From: Tidjanibacter sp.
GTDB taxonomy: Bacteria; Bacteroidota; Bacteroidia; Bacteroidales; Rikenellaceae
Length of the DNA: 64,000 bases
Assembly (NCBI GenBank): GCA_031552235.1
Contig: JAVBMR010000002.1
Coordinates: forward strand, 200,915 to 264,914
Direction: 5' to 3'
Positions 28,393 to 38,286 of this stretch are shown piece by piece (position 1 is the stretch's first letter; the number at the start of each line of letters is the position of its first letter). The notes beneath the pieces are model-generated. The model had not been told where the DNA came from and made no database searches. It worked only from the letters and a program-made list of their open reading frames with translations. Position numbers and translations under genes: made by a program.

Positions 28393-28884
28393 GAAAAGCG
28401 GAGGGCTTCGCCGCTGCCGTCCAGCGGGCGACCGCGAAACGGGGGAGGAAAGTCCGGGCAACACAGGGCGCCGTGCTTCCTAACGGGAAGATGTCCGCGA
28501 GGGCATAGTAGCGTAACAGAAAATAACAGCCCCCGGATTTTTAAAAAGCCGCTACGTCGTTGGACTTCGGCAGAAAAAATGCTCACATACGTTCGGTATG
28601 CTGCGCTTTTTTCTCCTTGTCAGCCTTGTATCGGACTTTTTAAGATTTCCGGGAGTGATGGTGAAAAGGTGGGGTAAGAGCCCACCGGCGTGCGTGGCGA
28701 CACGTACGGCCGTACGTCTGACGGGTTGCAAGACCATGTATACCGGCATTTAAGGACTGCCCGTCCGCTGCCGGGGGGTAGGTTGCTGGAGCCTGTGCGC
28801 GAGTGCAGGCGTAGATAAATGGCGAAGGACCGTTGCGGCGCGAGCCGTTCCGGTTACAAAACCCGGCTTATACCTCCGCTTTTC
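28393..28884 (+). ncRNA. rnpB: RNase P RNA, bacterial type A, with an expanded P12 arm
   Basis: P4 hallmark GGAGGAAAGTCCGGGC, then ACAGAAAATAACAGCC, GGTAAGAGCCCACC and ACAAAACCCGGCTTA. P1 pairs AAGCGGAGG (5') with CCTCCGCTT (3'). The ends are approximate. Confidence 0.88.
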
Positions 28885-28914
28885 TTTTTTGTTTTTGCAT
28901 CCCAAAAATAACCC

Positions 28915-29280
28915 GTGATGGAATCGAAAATAATGCCGCTGTTTATCGTATTGGCCTTGATGGTGCTGGCGGGTTGCGGTAATAAAACCAACGAAGAGCA
29001 GGTGTTGCTCAAAGCCGACAGGGAAGCCCCGTTGGGTTGGGTCTATTTGAAGATCTACCGCGACAGTACGTTCGAATTCACATCGGCTGGTATTCGCCGT
29101 TCCGATAAAAATGTTTATACCGGGAAAGTGGAGATCCGCGATGACAGCCTGTTTTTCACATACGCCGACAGTATTCCAAAAGCCGGAAAAACAGCGGTTT
29201 ATAACGACAGTTCCGTTCACTACATCGACGGGGAATACCCTGAACAATTAGCGGTCAGTTGGACAAAACTTACACGATGA
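28915..29280 (+). CDS. small hypothetical lipoprotein
   Basis: MMESKIMPLFIVLALMVLAGCGNK (lipobox LAGC). Its stop overlaps the queA start. The exact start codon is ambiguous. Confidence 0.5.
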   Translation: MMESKIMPLFIVLALMVLAGCGNKTNEEQVLLKADREAPLGWVYLKIYRDSTFEFTSAGIRRSDKNVYTGKVEIRDDSLFFTYADSIPKAGKTAVYNDSSVHYIDGEYPEQLAVSWTKLTR

Positions 29281-30479
29281 ATACCGACATTAAAATATCC
29301 GATTACGATTATGGTCTGCCCGAGGAGAGGATTGCGAGATTCCCATTGGAGTCGCGCGAGGCCTCGAAACTCCTTGTCAGCCGTGCGGGAGTGTTGTCTG
29401 AACGTGTATTCAGCGAGATAGGCATGGAATTGCCGCAGGGAGCGCTTTTGGTGTTCAACAATACTAAGGTCATCCGCGCCCGCATGGTCATGCACAAGCC
29501 GAGCGGGGCGAGGATCGAGATATTCTGCCTTGAACCGCACGTACCGGCCGACTACGAGAGGGCTTTCGCCGTGAAGGGGGAGTGCGAGTGGAAATGTATC
29601 GTCGGCAACTCCAAGAAATGGAAGGAGGGGCCGCTCGAAATAAAGTTCGAATACGAGGGGCGGGAAGTTTACCTGCGCGCGTATCGGGACATGAACGATG
29701 GGGCGGCGAATATAGTCCGCTTCGAGTGGGATGCCGATATGACGTTCGGGCAGCTTCTCGAATATCTCGGGCGTGTGCCGATCCCGCCGTACCTTGGGCG
29801 CGACAGCGAGGAAATAGACAACAGCCGCTACCAGACCGTTTATTCGCGCTTCGAAGGCTCGGTCGCCGCCCCGACGGCAGGACTGCACTTCAGCGATGGG
29901 CTTATGGCCGGTTTGCGGGAGCGCGGCGTGGCGTTCGACGAGGTGACGCTCCATGTCGGAGCCGGGACGTTCCTGCCGGTTAAATGCGACTCGGTGGCGG
30001 AACACGAGATGCACACCGAACATTTCGACATATCGCTCGAAACGGTCGAGAACCTGCTGGCGCACAAAGGCAAGGTGACGGCGATTGGGACGACCACCGT
30101 GCGGACGCTGGAGAGCCTTCCTGCGCTCGGCTATCGCATCCTGCGCAACGGCGACCCCGACGCAATGGTCCCGGTCGGCCAGTGGGAACTCTACTATATC
30201 CCGGCGGAGCATACGGGTGAGGAACTTCTGGGTGCGTTGGCCGGACATCTGCGCGGGAACGGCGGTAAGCTCAAAACGTCGACCCGGATAATGATAATGC
30301 CCGGTTTCAGGTTCAGGGTCGTGGACATGATGGTTACGAACTTCCACCAGCCCAAAAGCACGCTCCTGCTGCTCGTGTCGGCATTTGTGGGCGAACATTG
30401 GCGCGAAATATATAAATACGCCCTTGCCAACGGCTTCCGGTTCCTCAGCTATGGCGACAGCAGTTTACTCATACCGTGA
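29277..30479 (+). CDS. queA: S-adenosylmethionine:tRNA ribosyltransferase-isomerase
   Basis: MNTDIKISDYDYGLPEERIARFPL...SKLLV...TAGLHF...GTTTVRTLES...TNFHQPKSTLL. Confidence 0.9.
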   Translation: MNTDIKISDYDYGLPEERIARFPLESREASKLLVSRAGVLSERVFSEIGMELPQGALLVFNNTKVIRARMVMHKPSGARIEIFCLEPHVPADYERAFAVKGECEWKCIVGNSKKWKEGPLEIKFEYEGREVYLRAYRDMNDGAANIVRFEWDADMTFGQLLEYLGRVPIPPYLGRDSEEIDNSRYQTVYSRFEGSVAAPTAGLHFSDGLMAGLRERGVAFDEVTLHVGAGTFLPVKCDSVAEHEMHTEHFDISLETVENLLAHKGKVTAIGTTTVRTLESLPALGYRILRNGDPDAMVPVGQWELYYIPAEHTGEELLGALAGHLRGNGGKLKTSTRIMIMPGFRFRVVDMMVTNFHQPKSTLLLLVSAFVGEHWREIYKYALANGFRFLSYGDSSLLIP

Positions 30480-30493
30480 ACCGAAAAAAACAG

Positions 30494-30585
30494 ACCGAAG
30501 CCAGCGGTTGGGGTGCGACGCTGTATGCGGAGCAGCCCTCCGCCCGGGGTGGCTTCGGGCTGCCGGCCTTGCGTTGCAAGGCCGG
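30494..30585 (-). repeat. family A core motif (reverse orientation), free-standing copy
   Basis: CAGCCCTCCGCCCGGGGTGGCTTCGGGCTGCCGGCCTTGCGTTGCAAGGCCGG is the reverse complement of the core seen at 18854-18903 and 50633-50683. Confidence 0.65.
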
Positions 30586-30602
30586 AAAATTAAAGATAAA
30601 CC

Positions 30603-32453
30603 ATGACTAATTGGCTACCCACAACGGTAAAAGAGGTTCGGGCGCTGGGCTGGGATTACATCGACGTGATCCTGTTCTCGGGCGACGCCTATGTCGACCA
30701 CCCTTCGTTCGGGGCGGCGGTCGTGGGGCGCATGCTTGAGGCCGAGGGGCTCAGGGTGGCCATAGTGTCGCAGCCCAACTGGAAGGACGATCTGCGCGAC
30801 TTCAAGAAATTGGGGACGCCGCGCCTGTTCTTCGGGGTTTCGGGAGGGAGCATGGACTCGATGGTGAACCATTACACAGCCAACAAGCGCCTGCGCAGCG
30901 ACGACGCCTATACGCCGGGCGGCAAGGCCGGTTTCAGGCCCGATTACGCCGTTACGGTCTATACGCGCATCCTGAAAGAATTGTACCCCCACGTTCCGGT
31001 GGTTATCGGAGGCATTGAGGCTTCGCTCCGCCGTCTGGCGCATTACGACTATTGGAGCGATTCGCTCAAGAGGTCGGTGCTTATCGACAGCGGCGCCGAC
31101 GTGCTGGCCTACGGCATGGCCGACAAGGTGATGCCCGAAATAGCTAAAGCGCTGCGCAACGGCTTTAACGCCAATCTTCTGCGGTGTCTGAAGCAGGTGG
31201 CTTTCGTGGCGGACGGAAAGTATGTGGAAAAGCTCGACCCGGAAACGACCCTTGTGCTGAACCCTTATAATGATTGTGTCGCAAAACCTGCGAAATTCGC
31301 CGAGAACTTCGTGCGCATTGAAACAGAGTCGAACCGATTAGAACAGCGCACCACGCTTGTTGAGCGCCAGTCGGAAGATAAATACGTGGTGGTGAACCCG
31401 CCGCACCCCCTGCTCACGGAGCAGGAAATAGACCGCGGTTTCGACATGCCCTACACGCGCCTGCCGCATCCGCGCTATGACGGCAAAGGCGACATTCCGG
31501 CGTGGGAAATGATAAAATTCTCGGTCAACATACACCGCGGATGCTTCGGGGGATGCAGTTTCTGCACCATATCCGCCCATCAGGGCAAGTTCGTATCGAG
31601 CCGCTCGGAGCGCTCGGTGCTGGCCGAGGTGGGCAAGGTGGCGGCGATGCCCGGCTTCAAAGGCTACGTGAGCGATGTCGGAGGGCCGTCGGCAAACATG
31701 TACGGGATGGGCGGCCTGAACCGTGCAGCATGCGCGAAATGTACACGCCCGTCGTGCCTGTGGCCGTCGGTGTGCCGCAACCTCGACAACAGCCACGAAC
31801 GCCTTATAAAACTATATGAGAAGGTTTCGGCAGTCCCCGGTATCAAGAAAGCGTTCGTGGGGAGCGGCATCCGCTACGATCTGTTCGACGAGCGCTACGG
31901 CTCGCGCTACCTGCGCGACGTTATCGTGAACCATACTTCCGGCCGCCTCAAGGTCGCACCGGAACATACCGAGGACAGGGTGCTGAAACTCATGCGTAAG
32001 CCCTCTTTCGAGGGATTCGAGCGGCTGAAAGCCGATTTCGACAAGGTATGCGCGCGGGAGAACCTCAAATACCAACTGATACCATACTTCATATCGAGCC
32101 ACCCCGGCTGCACCGAGCAGGACATGAAGCTGCTCTCGCAGAAGACGCGCAGGCTCGGGATGCGCCTCGAACAGGTGCAGGACCTCACGCCCACGCCAAT
32201 GACGCTGTCGTCCGTCATGTTCTACACGGGGATCGACCCATACACCGGCGAGAAACTGTATGTGGCCCGCTCGCAGGACGACAAGCGCAGGCAGAAAGGC
32301 TGGTTCTTCGCCGACGGTAAGAACTCAGGCCCGGGGAGGGCAACTTCAGGCGGCAGGAATGACGGTTCCCCGAAAAACGGTCGTCAGAATGCCGGTAGTC
32401 TCCGGAAAGAAAATCGCCCATCCAAAAAAACTGAGGGCAAGCGCTCAAGGTAA
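30603..32453 (+). CDS. ygiQ: YgiQ-family radical SAM protein (UPF0313)
   Basis: MTNWLPTTVKEVRALGWDYIDVILFSGDAYVDHPSFG..., a CxxxCxxC-type cluster CFGGCSFC, and a basic C-terminal tail. Confidence 0.85.
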   Translation: MTNWLPTTVKEVRALGWDYIDVILFSGDAYVDHPSFGAAVVGRMLEAEGLRVAIVSQPNWKDDLRDFKKLGTPRLFFGVSGGSMDSMVNHYTANKRLRSDDAYTPGGKAGFRPDYAVTVYTRILKELYPHVPVVIGGIEASLRRLAHYDYWSDSLKRSVLIDSGADVLAYGMADKVMPEIAKALRNGFNANLLRCLKQVAFVADGKYVEKLDPETTLVLNPYNDCVAKPAKFAENFVRIETESNRLEQRTTLVERQSEDKYVVVNPPHPLLTEQEIDRGFDMPYTRLPHPRYDGKGDIPAWEMIKFSVNIHRGCFGGCSFCTISAHQGKFVSSRSERSVLAEVGKVAAMPGFKGYVSDVGGPSANMYGMGGLNRAACAKCTRPSCLWPSVCRNLDNSHERLIKLYEKVSAVPGIKKAFVGSGIRYDLFDERYGSRYLRDVIVNHTSGRLKVAPEHTEDRVLKLMRKPSFEGFERLKADFDKVCARENLKYQLIPYFISSHPGCTEQDMKLLSQKTRRLGMRLEQVQDLTPTPMTLSSVMFYTGIDPYTGEKLYVARSQDDKRRQKGWFFADGKNSGPGRATSGGRNDGSPKNGRQNAGSLRKENRPSKKTEGKRSR

Positions 32454-32456
32454 TCG

Positions 32457-32483
32457 GCGGGCCGCCCTGAATGGGCGGCCCGC
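32457..32483. terminator. GC-rich hairpin after ygiQ
   Basis: GCGGGCCGCCC-TGAAT-GGGCGGCCCGC starts 4 nt after the ygiQ stop and is followed by TTAGTAATTTT. Confidence 0.6.
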
Positions 32484-32548
32484 TTAGTAATTTTGGCATC
32501 ATTGCCGTAATTCTTACGTTGCGGCAACTCTAAAAGGAATAATCATTT

Positions 32549-32650
32549 CCGGCGCACGGGGGGCGATGTCTTTGGCGTCGTGCCGCCGTAAATGGCGCCT
32601 GCCACGGCAGGCGCCATTTACAATACCCCGTAGCTTGCCCTGGGATGGTT
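32549..32650 (+). repeat. family D structured repeat, copy 1
   Basis: It contains a perfect 16-bp-arm hairpin GTAAATGGCGCCTGCC-AC-GGCAGGCGCCATTTAC (32588-32621), then ACAATACCCCGTAGCTTGC. The block CTGCCACGGCAG...TTTACAATACCCCG.AGCTTGC is shared with 40654-40770. Confidence 0.7.
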
Positions 32651-32747
32651 CATTATCCCAAAGATAGGTTGAAACCCTGCATTTTTAATGCAGTTACTTT
32701 AGTTTCTATAATTTTTTGATCTTTTTGTGGGCTATTTATCAGTTTCT

Positions 32748-32780
32748 CATCGCCGCACTCCGCCCCAAGAGGAGGCGATG
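32748..32780. repeat. family C-related hairpin (CATCGCC...GGCGATG)
   Basis: CATCGCCGCACTCCGCCCCAAGAGGAGGCGATG has the same outer arms as copy 1, with a CCGCCCC/GGGGCGG-type centre. Its orientation is ambiguous. Confidence 0.4.
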
Positions 32781-32860
32781 CGAGTCGCAAAGCAACTCGG
32801 GAGGAGGAATTTATTCCTCTGACTAAACCCATGTACTTTGGTGCAGGATAGATAGTTTAT

Positions 32861-33409
32861 TTATTCCCCCAACAATTCCTCCCTCTTGAGCGGGCGCGTG
32901 AAGGCGTAACTGCTTGCGATCCCTATCACCGCCCCGACAACCACGTCGCGCGGCCAGTGTTTACGGGCTTCAACCCGGCTGTACGCCACAAAACAGGCAA
33001 GCAGCAATGCCAGGATGCCGAGTTTCCATCCGTACCGGCGAAGTATGAACGCCGCTCCCTGGAATGCGAAGGCCGTGTGGCCCGAAGGGAAAGAATGATC
33101 GCCGCCATCGGGGCGTTTTGCGTCTATGGTCTGCTTGAGTATGGTGGTGACGCCTGTCGTTGTCGCACAGCCAGCCGCGAACTGCAAAGCCCCGTTGATG
33201 TCGCCCATGACGAGCGAACCCACGAACCCGGCCGCCGGGACGAGCATCTGGACGTAGTCTCCGGCCTGCTGCATGCCTTTTTGGGCCGGGTCGTCGGCGA
33301 AACGCATCTGCTCGTGTATCTGGACGCCGCTCCATACCAGGGCGAATACCGCTACGATTATGATCTTCGCCTTTTTCGAAAACTTGTATTTGTTTTTTCC
33401 TGTAGCCAT
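32861..33409 (-). CDS. PAP2-family phosphatase
   Basis: KRPDGGDHSFPSGHT...SRVEARKHWPRDV, the three PAP2 acid-phosphatase motifs, in a membrane protein. Confidence 0.75.
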   Translation of the reverse strand: MATGKNKYKFSKKAKIIIVAVFALVWSGVQIHEQMRFADDPAQKGMQQAGDYVQMLVPAAGFVGSLVMGDINGALQFAAGCATTTGVTTILKQTIDAKRPDGGDHSFPSGHTAFAFQGAAFILRRYGWKLGILALLLACFVAYSRVEARKHWPRDVVVGAVIGIASSYAFTRPLKREELLGE

Positions 33410-33494
33410 ATGCCGATGCCTGTATCTTTTGAGATATAAAAGTAAAAATATTTTCGCAAATGAAGGCGCGTCCCGGTAAATCCCCCGAAATTTT

Positions 33495-33502
33495 ATACCT
33501 TT
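33495..33502 (+). promoter_or_regulatory. -7 box TACCTTTA upstream of dnaB
   Basis: AAATTTTATACCTTTA lies 38 nt before the ATG at 33540. The same 13-mer context occurs at the rnpB promoter. Confidence 0.4.
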
Positions 33503-33539
33503 ACACTCCCGATTGAAAGGTTGGTATCATCTACCGGAT

Positions 33540-35096
33540 ATGGCAAAAAATTACACACCGTCCAACAGGAACAAGGAAGCCTACGACGCGCTCACGAGCG
33601 AGGGCGGGCATGTGCCGCCTCAGGCCGTGGAGCTTGAAGAGGCTGTGCTGGGTGCGCTCATGCTCGAAAAAGAGAGCGTGCTGGCTGTCCAGGAGGTGCT
33701 GACGCCCGAAGCGTTCTACAAGGAGGCGCACCAGGTGATATACCGTGCCATATCCGAGTTGTCGATGGAGCTGAAACCCATCGACCTCTACACGGTTACC
33801 GAGAAACTCAAACAGAAGAAACAGCTTGCGGCGGTGGGCGGGGCGTCATATCTTGCCGAACTGACCCAGAAAGTGGGTTCGGCCGCCCACGTCGATTTCC
33901 ACGCCAAGATCATCACCCAGAAATATGTTCAGAGGGAGCTTATCCGCGCCTCGACCGAGATACAGAAACGCTCCTACGACGAATCGATAGACGTCAACGA
34001 CCTTATAGATACGGCCGAGAGCGAAATATTCAAAGTCGCCGAGGGCCACATCAAGCGCGACGTGCAGAAATCGAAGGACATCCTCGTCAAGGCGATGGAG
34101 GCCATAGAGGAGGCCTACAAGCGCAAAGGGGCTTTCAGCGGTGTGCCGACAGGGTTTACGCGCCTCGACCGCCTCACGTTGGGGTGGCAGCCGAGCGACC
34201 TTATAATCATCGCCGCGCGCCCGTCAATGGGTAAAACGGCGTTCGTGCTTTCGATGGCGCGCAATATTGCCATCGACCACGAAAAGGGTGTGGCGTTCTT
34301 CTCGCTCGAAATGAGCTCGACGCAGTTGATGATGCGCCTTATCGTGGCGGAATCGGGCCTCGATTCGCGCGACGTGCGCAACGGCAGCCTGAACGACGAG
34401 CAATGGAGGCATCTCGAAACCGCCGTCGTACCATTCCAGACAGCGCCCCTGTTCATCGACGACACTCCGGCGCTCTCCATATTCGAGTTCCGTTCGAAGG
34501 CCCGCAGGCTTAAAAAACAGTTCGACATACAACTCATCGTGATCGACTACCTGCAGCTTATGACCGGCAGCGCCGACACGCGCGGCAACCGCGAGCAGGA
34601 GGTGGCGTCTATTTCGAGGTCGCTTAAATCCATCGCCAAGGAGTTGAATATCCCGATAATAGCCCTCTCGCAGCTGAACCGTTCGGTCGAGTCGCGTACG
34701 GGGAGCAAGCGCCCCCAACTCAGCGACCTTCGCGAATCGGGCGCCATAGAACAGGATGCCGACATCGTGGCATTCATCCACCGCCCCGAATACTACGGCA
34801 TGAATGTGGACGAGAGCGGCATGCCGACCGCCGGGATGGCCGAGATAATCGTCGCCAAGCACCGTAACGGCGCGACGGACACGGTCAACCTGCGCTTCCG
34901 CAAGGAACAGGCGAGGTTCATGGACTATGATGACGACGAAATGGGTGGCGGCAGCTATTCATCTTTTGAAAGCAGCATGGGCGATGACGACGACAAACCC
35001 GCACCGAGGTTCACACCGGGCAACGACTTCGACCCGGCACCGGGCGGCGGATTCGGCGGCGGCTCGTTCAATCCGGGCGAAGACGCGCCTTTTTAG
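33540..35096 (+). CDS. dnaB: replicative DNA helicase
   Basis: PPQAVELEEAVLGALML..., Walker A ARPSMGKTAF, IVIDYLQLM, and ALSQLNRSVESR. Confidence 0.95.
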   Translation: MAKNYTPSNRNKEAYDALTSEGGHVPPQAVELEEAVLGALMLEKESVLAVQEVLTPEAFYKEAHQVIYRAISELSMELKPIDLYTVTEKLKQKKQLAAVGGASYLAELTQKVGSAAHVDFHAKIITQKYVQRELIRASTEIQKRSYDESIDVNDLIDTAESEIFKVAEGHIKRDVQKSKDILVKAMEAIEEAYKRKGAFSGVPTGFTRLDRLTLGWQPSDLIIIAARPSMGKTAFVLSMARNIAIDHEKGVAFFSLEMSSTQLMMRLIVAESGLDSRDVRNGSLNDEQWRHLETAVVPFQTAPLFIDDTPALSIFEFRSKARRLKKQFDIQLIVIDYLQLMTGSADTRGNREQEVASISRSLKSIAKELNIPIIALSQLNRSVESRTGSKRPQLSDLRESGAIEQDADIVAFIHRPEYYGMNVDESGMPTAGMAEIIVAKHRNGATDTVNLRFRKEQARFMDYDDDEMGGGSYSSFESSMGDDDDKPAPRFTPGNDFDPAPGGGFGGGSFNPGEDAPF

Positions 35097-35262
35097 CGTA
35101 TTTTGCAGATTTTTTGTTATCTTGCGCTGTGTTGCCGGACGTGTGTTTGGTGACGCTGAAGCATGTTGTATGGTTGCTTCAGTTTTCAGTAGTTTTAAAT
35201 GTAAAATAACATTCCCGCTCATTCCGAGTGCCGGAAGGCACCGGCGGCTTTAACCAGGCTTT

Positions 35263-36801
<1,539 letters not shown>

Positions 36802-36874
36802 GAATTACGGTAGTCGTGGGCAAATGAAAGTTACTGAAGTGGCCGGCCGTATTTGATTGAGGACGATTAAATCA

Positions 36875-36957
36875 CTTCCCGCGGCTGCGTGGGCCACCCT
36901 GAAAGCATCGAGCCGCAAGAAGTGGCGCCTGCATTGGCAGTCGCGGCTTTTGTAATC
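36875..36957 (+). repeat. family D structured repeat, copy 3 (more diverged)
   Basis: CTTCCCGCGGCT...AGCCGCAAGAAG hairpin, then GTGGCGCCTGCATTGGCAGTCGCGGCTTTTGTAATC. It shares TGGCGCCTGC..GGCAG and the TTT(A/G)(C/T)AAT(A/C) word with copies 1 and 2. Confidence 0.5.
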
Positions 36958-37040
36958 TGAAAATGGAATTGTACAGTTAAGTCTTGTATGTTTTTTTAGT
37001 CCACGGCCAGCGAAGGGTGCGTCTGGCCGAAGGCGGGATG

Positions 37041-38072
37041 TCAGTCTGCGCCGGTCGCCCTCTCTTTTATCGCCTCAAAGCCTGTGCGGGCGAGGGGCGT
37101 GGTGCCGAAAACGCGGTCGAAACCGTCTTTGTCAAGACTGCCCCAGAATTCCTCTCCGGCCGCCGTTGGGTTGAATAAAGGCCTGAACAGCAGGTTGGAA
37201 GCCAATGACGTGCGGCTGTTGTGGGGACAGGCGCTCTGGCAGATGTCGCAGCCGAATATCCAACCGTGGGTGTCGGGAGCGGTTCCGTTACCGCCCGGCA
37301 CTGTACCCACGGCAACCCCCGCGCCCGCCCGCTCCGATAATCCTTCGACGGGCTTTTCGGTCGTCAGGCGCGAGATGCAGCGGTTCGTATCGATCACGTA
37401 TGGCCGGACGATGGCTGAGTTGGGGCAGGCGTCGATGCAGGCCGTGCATGTGCCGCAGCGGTCACCGGCGAACGGCTCGTCATAGGCATCCGCTTCTTCG
37501 GTTAAGATTATCTCGCCGAGGAATACGAAACTTCCGTGCCGGGGCGTGATGATCAGTGAGTTCTTGCCCCGCCATCCGAGTCCGGCCTCTATCGCCCAGC
37601 TTTTTTCGAGTACCGGGGCCGAGTCCGTGAAACAGCGCCCGCGCAGGCCCGGATGCTCCGCTGTAAGGCGCTCCAGAATGGCGTTCAGGCGGCTTTTTAT
37701 CGTCACATGGTAATCCTGCAAAAGGGCATAGGACGATATTTTCGGGTTCTCGCTGGCGTTTTGGTCCCAGAATTCGTTTTTGTAGTTCGCCGCGCAGACG
37801 ATAACGCTTTTAGCGCCTTCGAAAAGTAGCGCAGGGTCGAGCCTTTTGTCGACATTCCGCCCCATGTAGGACAGCCCCGAGGAGTATCCGTTCCCGAGCC
37901 AATCCGAGAGCCTTGCCGACTGCTCGCCCAGATGCCTGACACGGGCGATGCCGCAAAGGTCGAACCCGGCCTCGTGTGCCAATTCTTTTATTTTTGACGC
38001 GCCGATCAATTCCTGCGATAATTTATACGCTGATCTGCAATAAGACCCTCTGGTTTTATTTATTGGATGCAT
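37041..38072 (-). CDS. queG: tRNA epoxyqueuosine(34) reductase
   Basis: CGTCTACIDACPNSAI and GCDICQSACPHN 4Fe-4S motifs, plus N-terminal LIGASKIKELAHEAGFDLCGIA. The start is taken at the ATG at 38072. Confidence 0.85.
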   Translation of the reverse strand: MHPINKTRGSYCRSAYKLSQELIGASKIKELAHEAGFDLCGIARVRHLGEQSARLSDWLGNGYSSGLSYMGRNVDKRLDPALLFEGAKSVIVCAANYKNEFWDQNASENPKISSYALLQDYHVTIKSRLNAILERLTAEHPGLRGRCFTDSAPVLEKSWAIEAGLGWRGKNSLIITPRHGSFVFLGEIILTEEADAYDEPFAGDRCGTCTACIDACPNSAIVRPYVIDTNRCISRLTTEKPVEGLSERAGAGVAVGTVPGGNGTAPDTHGWIFGCDICQSACPHNSRTSLASNLLFRPLFNPTAAGEEFWGSLDKDGFDRVFGTTPLARTGFEAIKERATGAD

Positions 38073-38073
38073 A

Positions 38074-38129
38074 TCGGTGTCGCTTTTGCGACACCGGCAG
38101 CCTGCCGCCGCCCCCATGCGGCGGGCTGC
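38074..38129 (+). repeat. family B-related two-hairpin module, copy 3
   Basis: CGGTGTCGC-TTTT-GCGACACCG, then GCAGC-C-TGCCGCCGC-CCCCAT-GCGGCGG-GCTGC. The architecture matches copies 1 and 2, but the stem sequences differ. Confidence 0.5.
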
Positions 38130-38247
38130 TTTACTCGCCAAGGCTCGTTAGCATCCACCGCCGGCGGCAGGCCGCATGGCATTGGGCTTTATTGCAGATC
38201 GGAGCAATTTAACTGCCCAAAAATACTATTTTAAAAATAATTGGCGC

Positions 38248-38255
38248 TACATTTG
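38248..38255 (+). promoter_or_regulatory. -7 box TACATTTG upstream of the acyl-CoA ligase gene
   Basis: It lies 32 nt before the ATG at 38287, which supports the shorter start. Confidence 0.4.
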
Positions 38256-38286
38256 TGTGAATACACACGGGCAAACTACCTTAATT

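Noticed and set aside
28386-29247. Small ORFs at 28386-28586, 28552-28749 and 28750-29247 on the minus strand.
   Set aside because: They overlap the RNase P RNA gene and the lipoprotein gene on the opposite strand. The region is fully explained by rnpB hallmarks (GGAGGAAAGTCCGGGC and others).
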